A stretch of 64,000 bases of DNA from Opitutales bacterium (GTDB lineage Bacteria > Verrucomicrobiota > Verrucomicrobiia > Opitutales > PNEW01), in contig CBDANS010000006.1 in NCBI GenBank assembly GCA_965197745.1, forward strand, positions 832,001 through 896,000, read 5' to 3'. A program made the translations under genes and the position numbers. Numbering within the stretch: position 1 is the first letter of the stretch; each line of letters starts with the position of its first letter. The notes below the pieces were generated by a model. It was not told where the DNA came from. It did not search any database and was given only the letters and a program-made list of their open reading frames with translations. Positions 50,574-60,308 of the stretch are shown here, in pieces.

Positions 50574-50933
50574 TTATTGTGCGAATCCGACAGTTGTGCC
50601 GTCTGCTTTGGTCACCACGAGAGAAGTGAATCCCGCAGTAATAGGGAATAAGCCTGCATAGCTTTCTCCCGCTACCGCTGCCGGTAATGTCTTCACATAC
50701 AGATTGGTGCCGATGATATCGGCCTGTGCCGCTGACGTCTGCCCTTCTTCAATGAAGTATTGGTCGGATGCGGAAGCGATCTGTCTCAGATTGTTGATAA
50801 TGGTTTTGTCCTGTGAGGTCTGGCGGACTTTATTGAAAGCCGGGATGGCCATGGCAGCCAACAGACCGATGATTACGACCACGATCATAATTTCAACAAG
50901 GGTAAAACCCTTATTCGATTTTCTATTAATCAT
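50574..50933 (-). CDS. Type IV (major) pilin precursor
   Basis: Class III signal KSNKG|FTLVEIMIVVVIIGLLAAMAIP (E at +5) and a 110-aa mature chain, followed by its own terminator. An alternative start is at 50957. Confidence 0.9.
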   Translation of the reverse strand: MINRKSNKGFTLVEIMIVVVIIGLLAAMAIPAFNKVRQTSQDKTIINNLRQIASASDQYFIEEGQTSAAQADIIGTNLYVKTLPAAVAGESYAGLFPITAGFTSLVVTKADGTTVGFAQ

Positions 50934-51089
50934 AATATTCTTTTCTCCGTTTTTCATGTTAACTTATTCTCCCTTTTACAGTTAAAAGAGAGAACGATTA
51001 CTATACTTGATAAAAGCCGCACTTGCCAAGATAAATATAGCACTTTAATGCAAAAAATATACCTGCAGGGGTCTTTGCTTATAACCCTG

Positions 51090-51130
51090 TTTATTATGCT
51101 CTAACTTGTTTAAAGTTAGAGCATAATAAA
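51090..51130. repeat. Perfect 18-bp inverted repeat with a 5-nt loop
   Basis: tttattatgctctaactt-gttta-aagttagagcataataaa. Confidence 0.9.
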
Positions 51131-51135
51131 ACTAT

Positions 51136-52149
51136 TTAAATACCCGCGCCGGGGTTCAATGCCTTGGCAAAGATCATCTTACCGCCAGCTGACGGTAAAA
51201 TACTTTGCACTTCTATGCGCACTAGCTGCCCGATGAGATTGCTCCCATCATTGACCACAACCATGGAACCGTCTCTTAGGAACCCCACTGCCTGGCCCGG
51301 TTCTTTGCCTTCTTTGACCAGATCAACTTCAAATATTTCTCCTATATTTAGTTCGGGATTGATCGCTTTCGCCAGGGCGTTGATGTTCAGCCAATCAATG
51401 GAGTGAAACCCCGCCATTTGCGCGAGATTGAAATCGGTAGTCATAATTTTAGCATTCAGAGATTGAGCGAGAAATATCAGCTTGGCATCGACATTTTGAC
51501 GCCTACTCACATCGCTATCATGAATGCGAATATCGATATGTTCTAATCTTCTTAATTGATTGAGCACTTCCAGCCCTTTGCGTCCTTTAGCTTGCCGTTG
51601 GGGGTCACTGGAATCGGCTACTCGCTGCAGTTCATCGAGGACAAATCGCGGGATGACTAAAGCATATCCCATAAACTTACTCTCGCAGATTCCGACAATT
51701 CTACCATCGATTAAGATACTGGTATCTATTACCACAAGCGGGACGTCTACCCCATGTGGTTCAAATCGAACATAAGGTATGACAAGATTAAATTCATCAC
51801 GATCGCGCAAGGCAATGACCGCACCTAAATACATTAAAATAATAAAGAGTGCCAGACGCACTAAGTAGAGGATTTGCGGATCACCGTAATCAAAAAGAGG
51901 AGAACTTGAAATGAAAACGGCGATGAGTCCTCCGACAAAAAGGCCAAAGGTTAGGGCAGTCAAACCACGGAGCGAAAACCCTTTTAAAAAAACATCTACA
52001 AGGATAACCAAGATGCCAATGCTCGCCCCAATAAAAAGGGCAAGCTTTTGGTACTGATCCCAATCAGGAACTGAGTAACAAACGAGATAACTTCCCGTGA
52101 CGCAGAGCAGAAAAAATAAAATACGCAATATGATAATTGTTCTAGCCAT
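51136..52149 (-). CDS. PIN/TRAM domain membrane protein (YacL-like)
   Basis: Four N-terminal TM segments, PIN motifs DTSILIDGRI, FVLDELQ and TTDFNL, and TRAM motif GKEPGQAVGFLRDGSMVVV. Confidence 0.92.
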   Translation of the reverse strand: MARTIIILRILFFLLCVTGSYLVCYSVPDWDQYQKLALFIGASIGILVILVDVFLKGFSLRGLTALTFGLFVGGLIAVFISSSPLFDYGDPQILYLVRLALFIILMYLGAVIALRDRDEFNLVIPYVRFEPHGVDVPLVVIDTSILIDGRIVGICESKFMGYALVIPRFVLDELQRVADSSDPQRQAKGRKGLEVLNQLRRLEHIDIRIHDSDVSRRQNVDAKLIFLAQSLNAKIMTTDFNLAQMAGFHSIDWLNINALAKAINPELNIGEIFEVDLVKEGKEPGQAVGFLRDGSMVVVNDGSNLIGQLVRIEVQSILPSAGGKMIFAKALNPGAGI

Positions 52150-52320
52150 GGGAAATGTATAAATAAGGGAATGTTACTCAAAAAAAGTATAATAAAAATC
52201 CCTCTTGTTTTATTTACAAAGCATACCTCCTGTCGGTGGTTAAAGGCAGATCGACGTTTTATGTAAATGATGAATTTCTAAATAATTATTATGCCCCCAT
52301 CAAAAATATGCAAACAGGAA

Positions 52321-52440
52321 TTAAAACTTTAAGATATATACGATCAGCGGCAGGAGCACTCCAATTAAAATAAGAAGATAAAGTAGGTTGAGATGACGAT
52401 AGGCCTTCGCTTTTTCTTCATCGTTTGGTAAATGAGACAT
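52321..52440 (-). CDS. Putative 39-aa single-pass membrane peptide (absent from the ORF track)
   Basis: ATG 52440 to TAA 52321 gives MSHLPNDEEKAKAYRHLNLLYLLILIGVLLPLIVYILKF, a charged N-terminus plus a hydrophobic helix of about 20 aa. Confidence 0.55.
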   Translation of the reverse strand: MSHLPNDEEKAKAYRHLNLLYLLILIGVLLPLIVYILKF

Positions 52441-52677
52441 TATTTAATATTATCAATTAATATATAAATGTTAAGCTCAAAGGTTCGGCCCCTGTCACAA
52501 CCTGCTCCAATTATAATCCAAGTCCGGAAATTCTGCTTTTGAGCGGCAGTTTAATGTGTTAAGTAATTTGTTAATTTCATATATAATAGTAGGCTAATGT
52601 TGAGGCTCTCGATTTTGAGAGCCAAAAGAGACTTAATATCTCGACAATGAGCTTAGTAAATAATCACTAGGAAGCGT

Positions 52678-53553
52678 GTGTTTAATCAAATAACCATACT
52701 TGCGCCCGGACTGCTTGGCGCTTCAGTTGCCATGGCGGTAAAGGAGAGATCGCTAGCAGGGCGCATCGTCGTATGGTCGCGCCGAGCCGAGACCCGTGTG
52801 GCGTGCACCCATCAACCATGGTGTGACGAGGTCTTTGATCAACCCTTTCAAGCGGTAGAGGGATCCGATCTCACTGTTGTCTGCAGCCCGGTGGAAACTA
52901 TCCATCCTCTGGTCAGCAAAATCGCTGGACATCTAAAAGCAGGGGCGATCGTCACTGATGTCGGCAGCACAAAAAGTCTTATTTGCCGTTACGGTCACGC
53001 CGTCATGCCCTCGGATCGAGCCTTCATCGGCTCGCATCCCATGGCCGGTTCTGAGAAAACAGGGATGGCCCATGCTCATCCGAATCTATTCAATGAAAAA
53101 CCCTGTTTTGTTACACCTCTTGTTGATTCTGAGGTTAAAGCTTTGGACCAGGTGGTTGATTTCTGGAAAGAACTCGGCATGGAGGTCGCCACTGTCTCAC
53201 CGGAAGAACACGATGAAATAGTAGCTAATATCAGTCATCTTCCTCATATTATCGCCTCTTCTCTGTGTAGCTACCTCGCGTCAAAAGATCCATCATGGCG
53301 TAGCTTGGCCGGTAATGGATTACGGGATTCCACCCGTATAGCCTCCGGCGACCCCCAACTTTGGAAGTCCATCATCGAACAAAATCGCGAAGAAATAATA
53401 CGCGCGATCAGTGACTTTGATGAAGAACTCCACGCTCTGAAAACCGCTATTGCTAATGATCAAATATTCGAAGTTATTAATATACTTGAAAGAGGTAAAA
53501 AGTATCGTGACCGGATTCGTCTCTCCCCAGAGAACATTGAAATGGATGAATAA
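52678..53553 (+). CDS. tyrA: Prephenate/arogenate dehydrogenase
   Basis: GLLGAS, TDVGSTK, HPMAGSE, HD...SHLPH and RDSTRIA motifs. Confidence 0.93.
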   Translation: MFNQITILAPGLLGASVAMAVKERSLAGRIVVWSRRAETRVACTHQPWCDEVFDQPFQAVEGSDLTVVCSPVETIHPLVSKIAGHLKAGAIVTDVGSTKSLICRYGHAVMPSDRAFIGSHPMAGSEKTGMAHAHPNLFNEKPCFVTPLVDSEVKALDQVVDFWKELGMEVATVSPEEHDEIVANISHLPHIIASSLCSYLASKDPSWRSLAGNGLRDSTRIASGDPQLWKSIIEQNREEIIRAISDFDEELHALKTAIANDQIFEVINILERGKKYRDRIRLSPENIEMDE

Positions 53554-53636
53554 GATTTCAAATTTTTCAATTTGGAAGATTATAATAATTTTCGTAAATA
53601 ACTTTTGAGGTTCACTGAAAATATACATTTTAGATT

Positions 53637-55010
53637 GTGATCGAATTGCCGATAGAACCATTCACCCTGCCTGCTTCCGGCATCGTCTCTTTGCCTGGAT
53701 CCAAGAGTATAACCAACCGCGCTATCATCTTAGCTGCCCTCAGCGATGGACCGGTTACTCTTCGAGACGCATTATTCAGTGATGATACGTCAGCGATGCT
53801 TACCGCCTTGGAGGATTTAGGATTTAACTTAACGACCAATGAATTAGATGCTGAAATAAATATCGAGGGGTTGAGTGGCAACATCCCATGTAATAAAACT
53901 AAAATCCACGTAGGTAATTCCGGCACTGTCGCACGCTTTCTCACCGCATTTCTATGTCTCAAGAAAAATGGGCATTACAATCTAGACGGAGACGATGCTA
54001 TACGCAAAAGGCCGATGGGGGGTCTTTTAGATGTCCTTATAGAACAGGGAGCTGAAGTCATTTTTGAAGGAGAGGAAGGGCACTTCCCATTCCTCCTAAA
54101 GACCCACGGTCTGAAGGGTGGATTAATCGAAGTCAATGCCCGTGCCAGCAGCCAATTTCTCTCTGCCCTCCTCATGGTCGCCCCTTTCACAGAGCAAGAC
54201 GCCACGATCCGCAGGATAGATAAAAAAGTAAGAAAGTCTTTTATCCATCTCACCCATAAAATGATGGAAAGTTGGAATCAGAAAATATCAACTGATCATG
54301 AAACGATGATTAAAGCGCGAGGTCGTTACTCCATAAATAAGGACGATTATATTATCGAACCTGACGCTACGGCGGCCAGCTACTTCATTGTATTACCCCT
54401 CATAACTGGTGGAGAAATTACGATAAAAGGAGCATCCAGAATCTCTAATTCAATTCACTTAAACCTTCAGGGGGATACCAGATTCGCTGACATATTGATC
54501 AATGAGAACTTGATCTCCAATTCCAGGCATGGCGATACACACTTTCTCCCTGGCTCTTCCCGCCATGGTATCGATCAAAACTTTTATGAGTTTTCTGATA
54601 CCTTTATGACCATCGCTGCTATTGCACCCCTATTGGAAAGCAGAACACGGATCACAGGTATTGGACACACGCGGCATCAAGAAACAGATCGTATTGCCGC
54701 GATGGCAACCGAACTGCGAAAATTGGGCCAGGAAGTAATCGAAGAGGACGATGCTCTGGAGATTCTACCCAGCCGTTCATCATTAATAGAAAAAGCTAAA
54801 GAGGGCGTGACTATAGAAACCTACAAGGACCACCGCATTGCCATGAGTTTTGCCGTCCTTGGATGCGCTGATTTAAAGAGGGACGGAAGACCCTGGATGA
54901 GCATTATTGATCCCTATTGCTGCGCAAAGACATTTCCCAATTTTTTTGATGTTCTCAATGAATTACGTGAGAACTCCTTAATAAATAAAGACTGCCGGTC
55001 AGGAGGCTGA
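53637..55010 (+). CDS. aroA: 3-phosphoshikimate 1-carboxyvinyltransferase
   Basis: PGSKSITNR, GNSGT, SSQFLSA, QETDRI and DHRIAM motifs. Confidence 0.96.
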   Translation: MIELPIEPFTLPASGIVSLPGSKSITNRAIILAALSDGPVTLRDALFSDDTSAMLTALEDLGFNLTTNELDAEINIEGLSGNIPCNKTKIHVGNSGTVARFLTAFLCLKKNGHYNLDGDDAIRKRPMGGLLDVLIEQGAEVIFEGEEGHFPFLLKTHGLKGGLIEVNARASSQFLSALLMVAPFTEQDATIRRIDKKVRKSFIHLTHKMMESWNQKISTDHETMIKARGRYSINKDDYIIEPDATAASYFIVLPLITGGEITIKGASRISNSIHLNLQGDTRFADILINENLISNSRHGDTHFLPGSSRHGIDQNFYEFSDTFMTIAAIAPLLESRTRITGIGHTRHQETDRIAAMATELRKLGQEVIEEDDALEILPSRSSLIEKAKEGVTIETYKDHRIAMSFAVLGCADLKRDGRPWMSIIDPYCCAKTFPNFFDVLNELRENSLINKDCRSGG

Positions 55011-55025
55011 ATTCTATACTAACTG

Positions 55026-55706
55026 GTGATGCCTTCCGAAAAATTTATAATTATCGCGATAGACGGTGGAGCGGCTTCCGGAAAATCAACAACAGCCAGG
55101 GCAGTGAGTGAACGCCTTAATTATTTATATGTGGATACAGGAACTCATTACCGAATGGTGACTTATTTGATGATCAGGGATGGCATAACTCCAAACGATT
55201 CGACAACCGTCAAAGCCTATCTTAAAGATAGACCTCTCGAGACAAAAGTTGATAAACATCGCGAGATTATGTTTATCGATGCAGGGCATCCGGATGAAAG
55301 TGACCTGCGCAGCGCTGAGGTGAATAATCAAGTGTCTCGCTTCGCGGCCCTAAAACCTGTGCGTCAATTTCTTTTCAATTACCAGCGCAATCTCGCAAAA
55401 GTGGCACAAGAGCTTGGCTTTGCAGGGATCATTATGGAGGGGAGAGATATTGGATCCATTATTTTCCCTCATGCTGATTACAAAATTTTCCTTGAAGCTA
55501 ACCCTCTTACGCGTGCTGAGAGACGCGCCCTGGATGGCCAGAAAGATGCCATTACCCAACGCGATCAATTAGATTCCGAACGGAACACGGCGCCCCTTAT
55601 CTGCCCACAAGGTGCAATAAGAATTGATACTTCACAAATACCACTTGAAGCGGTAGTAGAAAAAATTTGCGCCATCATAGTCGAAGGCAGTGAAAGCGAT
55701 AACTAA
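55026..55706 (+). CDS. cmk: Cytidylate kinase
   Basis: IDGGAASGKST, DTGTHYR, MEGRDIG and RD..DS.R..APL motifs. Confidence 0.95.
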   Translation: MMPSEKFIIIAIDGGAASGKSTTARAVSERLNYLYVDTGTHYRMVTYLMIRDGITPNDSTTVKAYLKDRPLETKVDKHREIMFIDAGHPDESDLRSAEVNNQVSRFAALKPVRQFLFNYQRNLAKVAQELGFAGIIMEGRDIGSIIFPHADYKIFLEANPLTRAERRALDGQKDAITQRDQLDSERNTAPLICPQGAIRIDTSQIPLEAVVEKICAIIVEGSESDN

Positions 55707-55710
55707 ATAA

Positions 55711-56355
55711 ATGGAAAAAGAATCATCTGCTTATAAACTGGCCCGAATTTTATCCCGAATATTATACCGAGGGATTTACGGTGTAGAATTTACCGGAATT
55801 GAAAATATTCCGGCAAAAGGTTCATTCATTCTCGCCACCAACCATGCGAGTTATTTCGACCCCTCTCTCGCGGGTTATGCCTTGCCTCGGCCCATATATT
55901 ATTTTGCCCGCAAAACACTCTTCCGCTATCGTATTATAGCCTGGATTCTTCCCCGTTTAAATACAATTCCCGTCGATCGGGACGGGCCATCTGATATCAC
56001 CGCCTTTAAGCGTGTCCTCGAAATCCTCAAGGATGGACACGGCATGCTTATTTTTCCCGAAGGAACACGCACTTCCGATGGTAATTTACAAAAGGTTAAA
56101 TCTGGAATCGGTCTTCTCGCCTGTCGTTCACAGGCAATCGTTGTCCCGGGGCGTATTTTTGGGAGTTACGAAGCCTTCAACCGCAATCATAAAATTCCAA
56201 AATTAAAGGGATCGCTTTCTGTTGTATACGGGAAACAGATGTTGCCCACGGAATATGAAACCGATGGGCCCGCCAAAAAACGCTATGCCGAAGCATCACA
56301 TCGGATTATGAAACGTATAAGTGAAATTAAGAATCCGCGCCTTGAAAAAAACTGA
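55711..56355 (+). CDS. plsC: 1-acyl-sn-glycerol-3-phosphate acyltransferase family
   Basis: NHASYFD (HxxxxD) and FPEGTR motifs. Confidence 0.88.
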   Translation: MEKESSAYKLARILSRILYRGIYGVEFTGIENIPAKGSFILATNHASYFDPSLAGYALPRPIYYFARKTLFRYRIIAWILPRLNTIPVDRDGPSDITAFKRVLEILKDGHGMLIFPEGTRTSDGNLQKVKSGIGLLACRSQAIVVPGRIFGSYEAFNRNHKIPKLKGSLSVVYGKQMLPTEYETDGPAKKRYAEASHRIMKRISEIKNPRLEKN

Positions 56356-56459
56356 AACAATTGCTCTTCATTTATCAGGTATTCAGAAAGAGCGTTAATT
56401 TATCGCCCGCATATTTTTCACACTTGACTTTAACCGTCACTGGCAAATCTTCTATGCCC

Positions 56460-57059
56460 ATGCAACTGGTCTGTCTAGACCTCGAGGGAGTACTTTTACC
56501 AGAAATATGGATAGCTTTTGCCGAGGCTGCAGGCATCCCTGAACTTAAGCGAACCACTCGCGATGAGCCCGATTATGATAAACTCATGCGATTTCGATTG
56601 GGAATACTTGAACGAAATAATGTTAAGATCAGTGATATACAGGAGATTATCCATACCCTTGATCCTCTTCCTGGAGCTGTTGATTTTATCAACAAACTTA
56701 AAGCACAAACGCGGGCAATCATTCTTTCAGATACATTCGAAGAATTTGCTAAACCCCTTATGACAAAGCTCGGGAACCCCACTCTATTTTGTCATAATTT
56801 AGAAATTGATGACAATGGTCATATAATTAACTATCACTTACGCCTGAAGGATCAAAAACGTCTGGCTGTAGAAGCATTTAAAAAATTGAATTTTACGGTA
56901 ATTGCGGCAGGCGACTCTTATAACGATCTCTCCATGATCCGGGCCGCAGATCATGGAATTCTCTTTTGTCCTCCTGATGCAATGCAAGCAGAGAATAAAG
57001 ATTTACCTGTGGCCACTGATTATGACGGGCTCTACGCATGTTTGGAGAAATTTATTTAA
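56460..57059 (+). CDS. thrH: Phosphoserine phosphatase / phosphoserine:homoserine phosphotransferase
   Basis: CLDLEGVLLPEIW, TTRDEPDYDKLM, ILSDTF and GDSYND motifs. The start is placed at MQLVCL. Confidence 0.93.
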   Translation: MQLVCLDLEGVLLPEIWIAFAEAAGIPELKRTTRDEPDYDKLMRFRLGILERNNVKISDIQEIIHTLDPLPGAVDFINKLKAQTRAIILSDTFEEFAKPLMTKLGNPTLFCHNLEIDDNGHIINYHLRLKDQKRLAVEAFKKLNFTVIAAGDSYNDLSMIRAADHGILFCPPDAMQAENKDLPVATDYDGLYACLEKFI

Positions 57060-57122
57060 GGTCATTGGCTAACCGTCATTATCGCTTTACTGTTCAATCG
57101 CTTTTTTCTTTTGTCATGGACG

Positions 57123-57695
57123 ATGTCACACACAAATCAAAAAGAAATACTTGAGATATTTAAAGAGACTGGTGCCTTGATGACCGGACATTTCATACTG
57201 CGCTCTGGTCTTCATAGCGGTCACTATTTTCAATGCGCAAGGGTGTGTGAATACCTGGACCGCGTCGGACGGCTCGCTGAACTATTGCTGGATAAACTAC
57301 CACCCTTAGATTATGAAACGGTTATTGCACCGGCAATGGGAGGGCTGGTCCTTGGACAGGAAGTGGCGAGACAGGCTCAAAAACGATATCTTTACGTTGA
57401 AAAAATCGACGATGCCCTCACTCTTCGACGTGGATTTGTTATAAATCCGGGGGAAAAGCTCCTTGTGGTCGAAGATGTATTCACCAGAGGAGGACGCATC
57501 AAGGAAACGCTTGAGATAATTAAATCAAAAGGCGGTATTCCCGTCGGCATAGCCGTGCTCGTCGATCGAAGTGAAGGGAAGACCCAATTTGAAGTACCCT
57601 TAATATCACTTTTAGAATTAAGTTTTCCCACCCACAAGGCAGATGAACTGCCTGAAGAATTAAAAGCAATAACCCCCGAAAAGCCGGGCAGTTAA
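57123..57695 (+). CDS. pyrE: Orotate phosphoribosyltransferase
   Basis: GHFILRSGLHS, PRPP motif VVEDVFTRGG, and a C-terminal KPGS. Confidence 0.92.
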   Translation: MSHTNQKEILEIFKETGALMTGHFILRSGLHSGHYFQCARVCEYLDRVGRLAELLLDKLPPLDYETVIAPAMGGLVLGQEVARQAQKRYLYVEKIDDALTLRRGFVINPGEKLLVVEDVFTRGGRIKETLEIIKSKGGIPVGIAVLVDRSEGKTQFEVPLISLLELSFPTHKADELPEELKAITPEKPGS

Positions 57696-59212
57696 GGGGC
57701 CGATCTTCTCAAGCGGAGAGCAATATAAACAAACTTTCCCCTATCATATATCCAAAGCTTATTGATCCCCCTTCGTAATAAATCCTTGGCCTGATCTATA
57801 CTAGCAACGGGTCTATCATTTAATTCTACAATCACCATTCCTTCACGTATAGAATTTGCATAAGGTGATTTTATATCTACCTCGGTTACAATCAATCCAT
57901 CTACCTCATCCGGTAGCTCGTATTTTTCCGCAAGACTTTCCGAAAACTTACTCACTATTACGCCTTCAAGAAATTCCCTCCCTAAATCATCATCATCTAC
58001 TAAACCGGTTTCCAAGTTACCGAGGACCACATTGAGTCTGCGCTTTTTCCCATCGCGCATAACGGTAACGGCTACTTCTTTGCCGGGTTGCATTGAGGCA
58101 ATCTTCAAGCGCAGGTCTTGAGTAGAAGCAACCTCATGATCTTCCACCGCAACGATCACATCCCCGCGCTGGATCCCCGCTTTCTTCGCCGGCAGACCTT
58201 CTTGCACTTGCACGACAAGGGCCCCTTTAGTGCTCGTAAGATTAAAGGCTTCAGCAAGATCGGCAGTGATATCGTTAATCGCTACACCAAGATACCCGCG
58301 CTGCACCGTGCCGGTCTCAAGCAGTTTGACCATCACCGAACGCGCTAAATTTGTTGGAATCGCAAAACCGATTCCTATATTTCCCCCCGACTGTGAAAGA
58401 ATGGCAGTGTTGATCCCAACAAGACGTCCGTCCGCATCAACGAGAGCGCCTCCTGAATTCCCCGGGTTGATAGAGGCATCTGTTTGAATAAAATTTTCAT
58501 AGCTTTGATTACCGAGTAATCCTAATTCTGTTCTCTTGGTTGCCGATACAATGCCTTGAGTAACCGTCGTCCCAACACTGAGCGGATTTCCAATGGCAAA
58601 GAGAATATCCCCAACTCGCAGATTGTCACTATTCGCCATATTCAAATAAGGGAGGTCTTCGGCATCCACTTTGAGAACAGCCACATCAGTCCTTTCGTCC
58701 GAACCGACAATTTCGGCGAGAAACTCAACATCTTCAGACAGACTTACACGAATCTCGTCAACATCATTGCCGCGGTCATCCGTAATGACATGGCGATTAG
58801 TTAAAATATAACCATCTTTCGAAACAATCACTCCCGATCCCATTCCAGATAACAATTTCCGTTCCCGACCATTCTCTTCTCCCTCATTCCCATCTCGAGG
58901 ATAGGGGACACCATAAAACCGTCTCAGCATCTCTTCTAAAGGATCGACCCTTCGCTCCCGCATGACACTGACGATACGCGACGCATAGACAGCAACTACC
59001 GCAGGAGTGACACCATCAAGAACATCGGCAAAGCTTACAATGCGTCCCTGTCTTGAACGATCAATCGAATTGTTGTCTACCGGAAAATGTTTCTCAGCAT
59101 CGGTGAGCCGTGATGCAGCCAATTCAGGGTTATCTGATTTTGCCAGTAATTCATGTATCGTGTAGCTAGCCGCCACGGCAAATATTAAAAGTAATAGTAA
59201 TAGATTACGCAT
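57692..59212 (-). CDS. degP: Do/DegP/DegQ family periplasmic serine protease with two PDZ domains
   Basis: GSGVI, TNRHV, TDVAV, IQTDASINPGNSGG and RGYLGV motifs. Confidence 0.92.
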   Translation of the reverse strand: MRNLLLLLLIFAVAASYTIHELLAKSDNPELAASRLTDAEKHFPVDNNSIDRSRQGRIVSFADVLDGVTPAVVAVYASRIVSVMRERRVDPLEEMLRRFYGVPYPRDGNEGEENGRERKLLSGMGSGVIVSKDGYILTNRHVITDDRGNDVDEIRVSLSEDVEFLAEIVGSDERTDVAVLKVDAEDLPYLNMANSDNLRVGDILFAIGNPLSVGTTVTQGIVSATKRTELGLLGNQSYENFIQTDASINPGNSGGALVDADGRLVGINTAILSQSGGNIGIGFAIPTNLARSVMVKLLETGTVQRGYLGVAINDITADLAEAFNLTSTKGALVVQVQEGLPAKKAGIQRGDVIVAVEDHEVASTQDLRLKIASMQPGKEVAVTVMRDGKKRRLNVVLGNLETGLVDDDDLGREFLEGVIVSKFSESLAEKYELPDEVDGLIVTEVDIKSPYANSIREGMVIVELNDRPVASIDQAKDLLRRGINKLWIYDRGKFVYIALRLRRSAP

Positions 59213-59346
59213 CTTAAATTTGAATGATATGACAATTTAAGTTAGAGTTCCGCAAATAGTCAGAGCATAAGGGCAATCCCCTTCTCGCCACCAGACTGGT
59301 TGAGGTGAAACTAAACGGCTGATCCCGTCAACTGGATATAACTTTT

Positions 59347-60294
59347 TTAGAATCCCTGGAGTTTAAAAAGACTGGTAACACTTTCATGATTATTGATACG
59401 CAGGATAGCCTGAGCCAAAAGAGGGGCAACACTCAATACTTTGATGGGCAAATCGCGTGTATCGATAGGAATAGTGTCAGTGGTTATGAGTTCATCGATA
59501 GGCCCCTCTTTGAGCCGTTCATAACCGAGTTCGTGGAGCATGATGTGACTGACGGCCGCGCGTACTTTGGTCGCACCCTTCTCTTTAAGAAGATTAGCTG
59601 CGGCACAAAGTGTCCCCATGGTTTCGGTAATATCATCGATAATGAGAACTTCCCTTCCCTCCACCTCGCCGACAAGATTAATGGCTTCGACCGTAGTCGC
59701 ACTGGTACGTCGTTTGGCCACGAACCCGAGTGCGCAACCAAACATATCAGCATAAGCCGCGGCCATTTTCAAACCACCGACATCAGGGGAAAAAATCACC
59801 ATTTTTGAGCTGTCGATCTGTTTCAAGTATTCATAAATAACGGGCGATGCATAGAGATGATCCATGGGAATATCAAAAAAGCCCTGAATTTGCTGAGCGT
59901 GGAGATCTATCGTTAAAATACGGTCAGCTCCTGCCGTAACGAGAAGATTAGCAATAAGCTTTGCCGTGATCGGCACTCGCGGCTGTTCTTTTCGGTCTTG
60001 TCGGGCATAACCGAAAAAAGGCATGACGGCAGTGATACGTTGAGCAGATGCGCGGCGCGCGGCATCTATCATGATAAGCAACTCCATGATATTATTGTTG
60101 GCCGGGACACAGGTAGACTGGACGATAAAAATATCTTTACCACGAATATTCTCGGTTATTTTTACACTCGTCTCACCATCCGGGAAATGGCCCACTTCGC
60201 AGGCGCCAATGGGAACCCCTATGAAACTGCATATTTCATCAACGAGCTTGGGATTTGATTGCCCTGATAAAACTTTTAGCTCCCCAACTTGCAT
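59347..60294 (-). CDS. prs: Ribose-phosphate pyrophosphokinase
   Basis: FPDGE, YARQDRK, DLHAQQIQGFF and SPDVGG motifs. Confidence 0.97.
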   Translation of the reverse strand: MQVGELKVLSGQSNPKLVDEICSFIGVPIGACEVGHFPDGETSVKITENIRGKDIFIVQSTCVPANNNIMELLIMIDAARRASAQRITAVMPFFGYARQDRKEQPRVPITAKLIANLLVTAGADRILTIDLHAQQIQGFFDIPMDHLYASPVIYEYLKQIDSSKMVIFSPDVGGLKMAAAYADMFGCALGFVAKRRTSATTVEAINLVGEVEGREVLIIDDITETMGTLCAAANLLKEKGATKVRAAVSHIMLHELGYERLKEGPIDELITTDTIPIDTRDLPIKVLSVAPLLAQAILRINNHESVTSLFKLQGF

Positions 60295-60308
60295 AGATCT
60301 AAACGATT

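Noticed and set aside
50574..50933. Electrically conductive (e-pilin) type pilin
   Set aside because: The mature chain has 9 aromatic residues in 110 and Val at position 27 instead of the Tyr of Geobacter-type pilins. No cytochromes are nearby.
51001..51060. Sigma-54 promoter upstream of the pilin
   Set aside because: TTGGCA is present on the minus strand, but there is no GC at the required GG-N10-GC spacing.
57692..57695. Convergent pyrE and degP stops sharing TTAA
   Set aside because: This is a common compact arrangement with no further signal.
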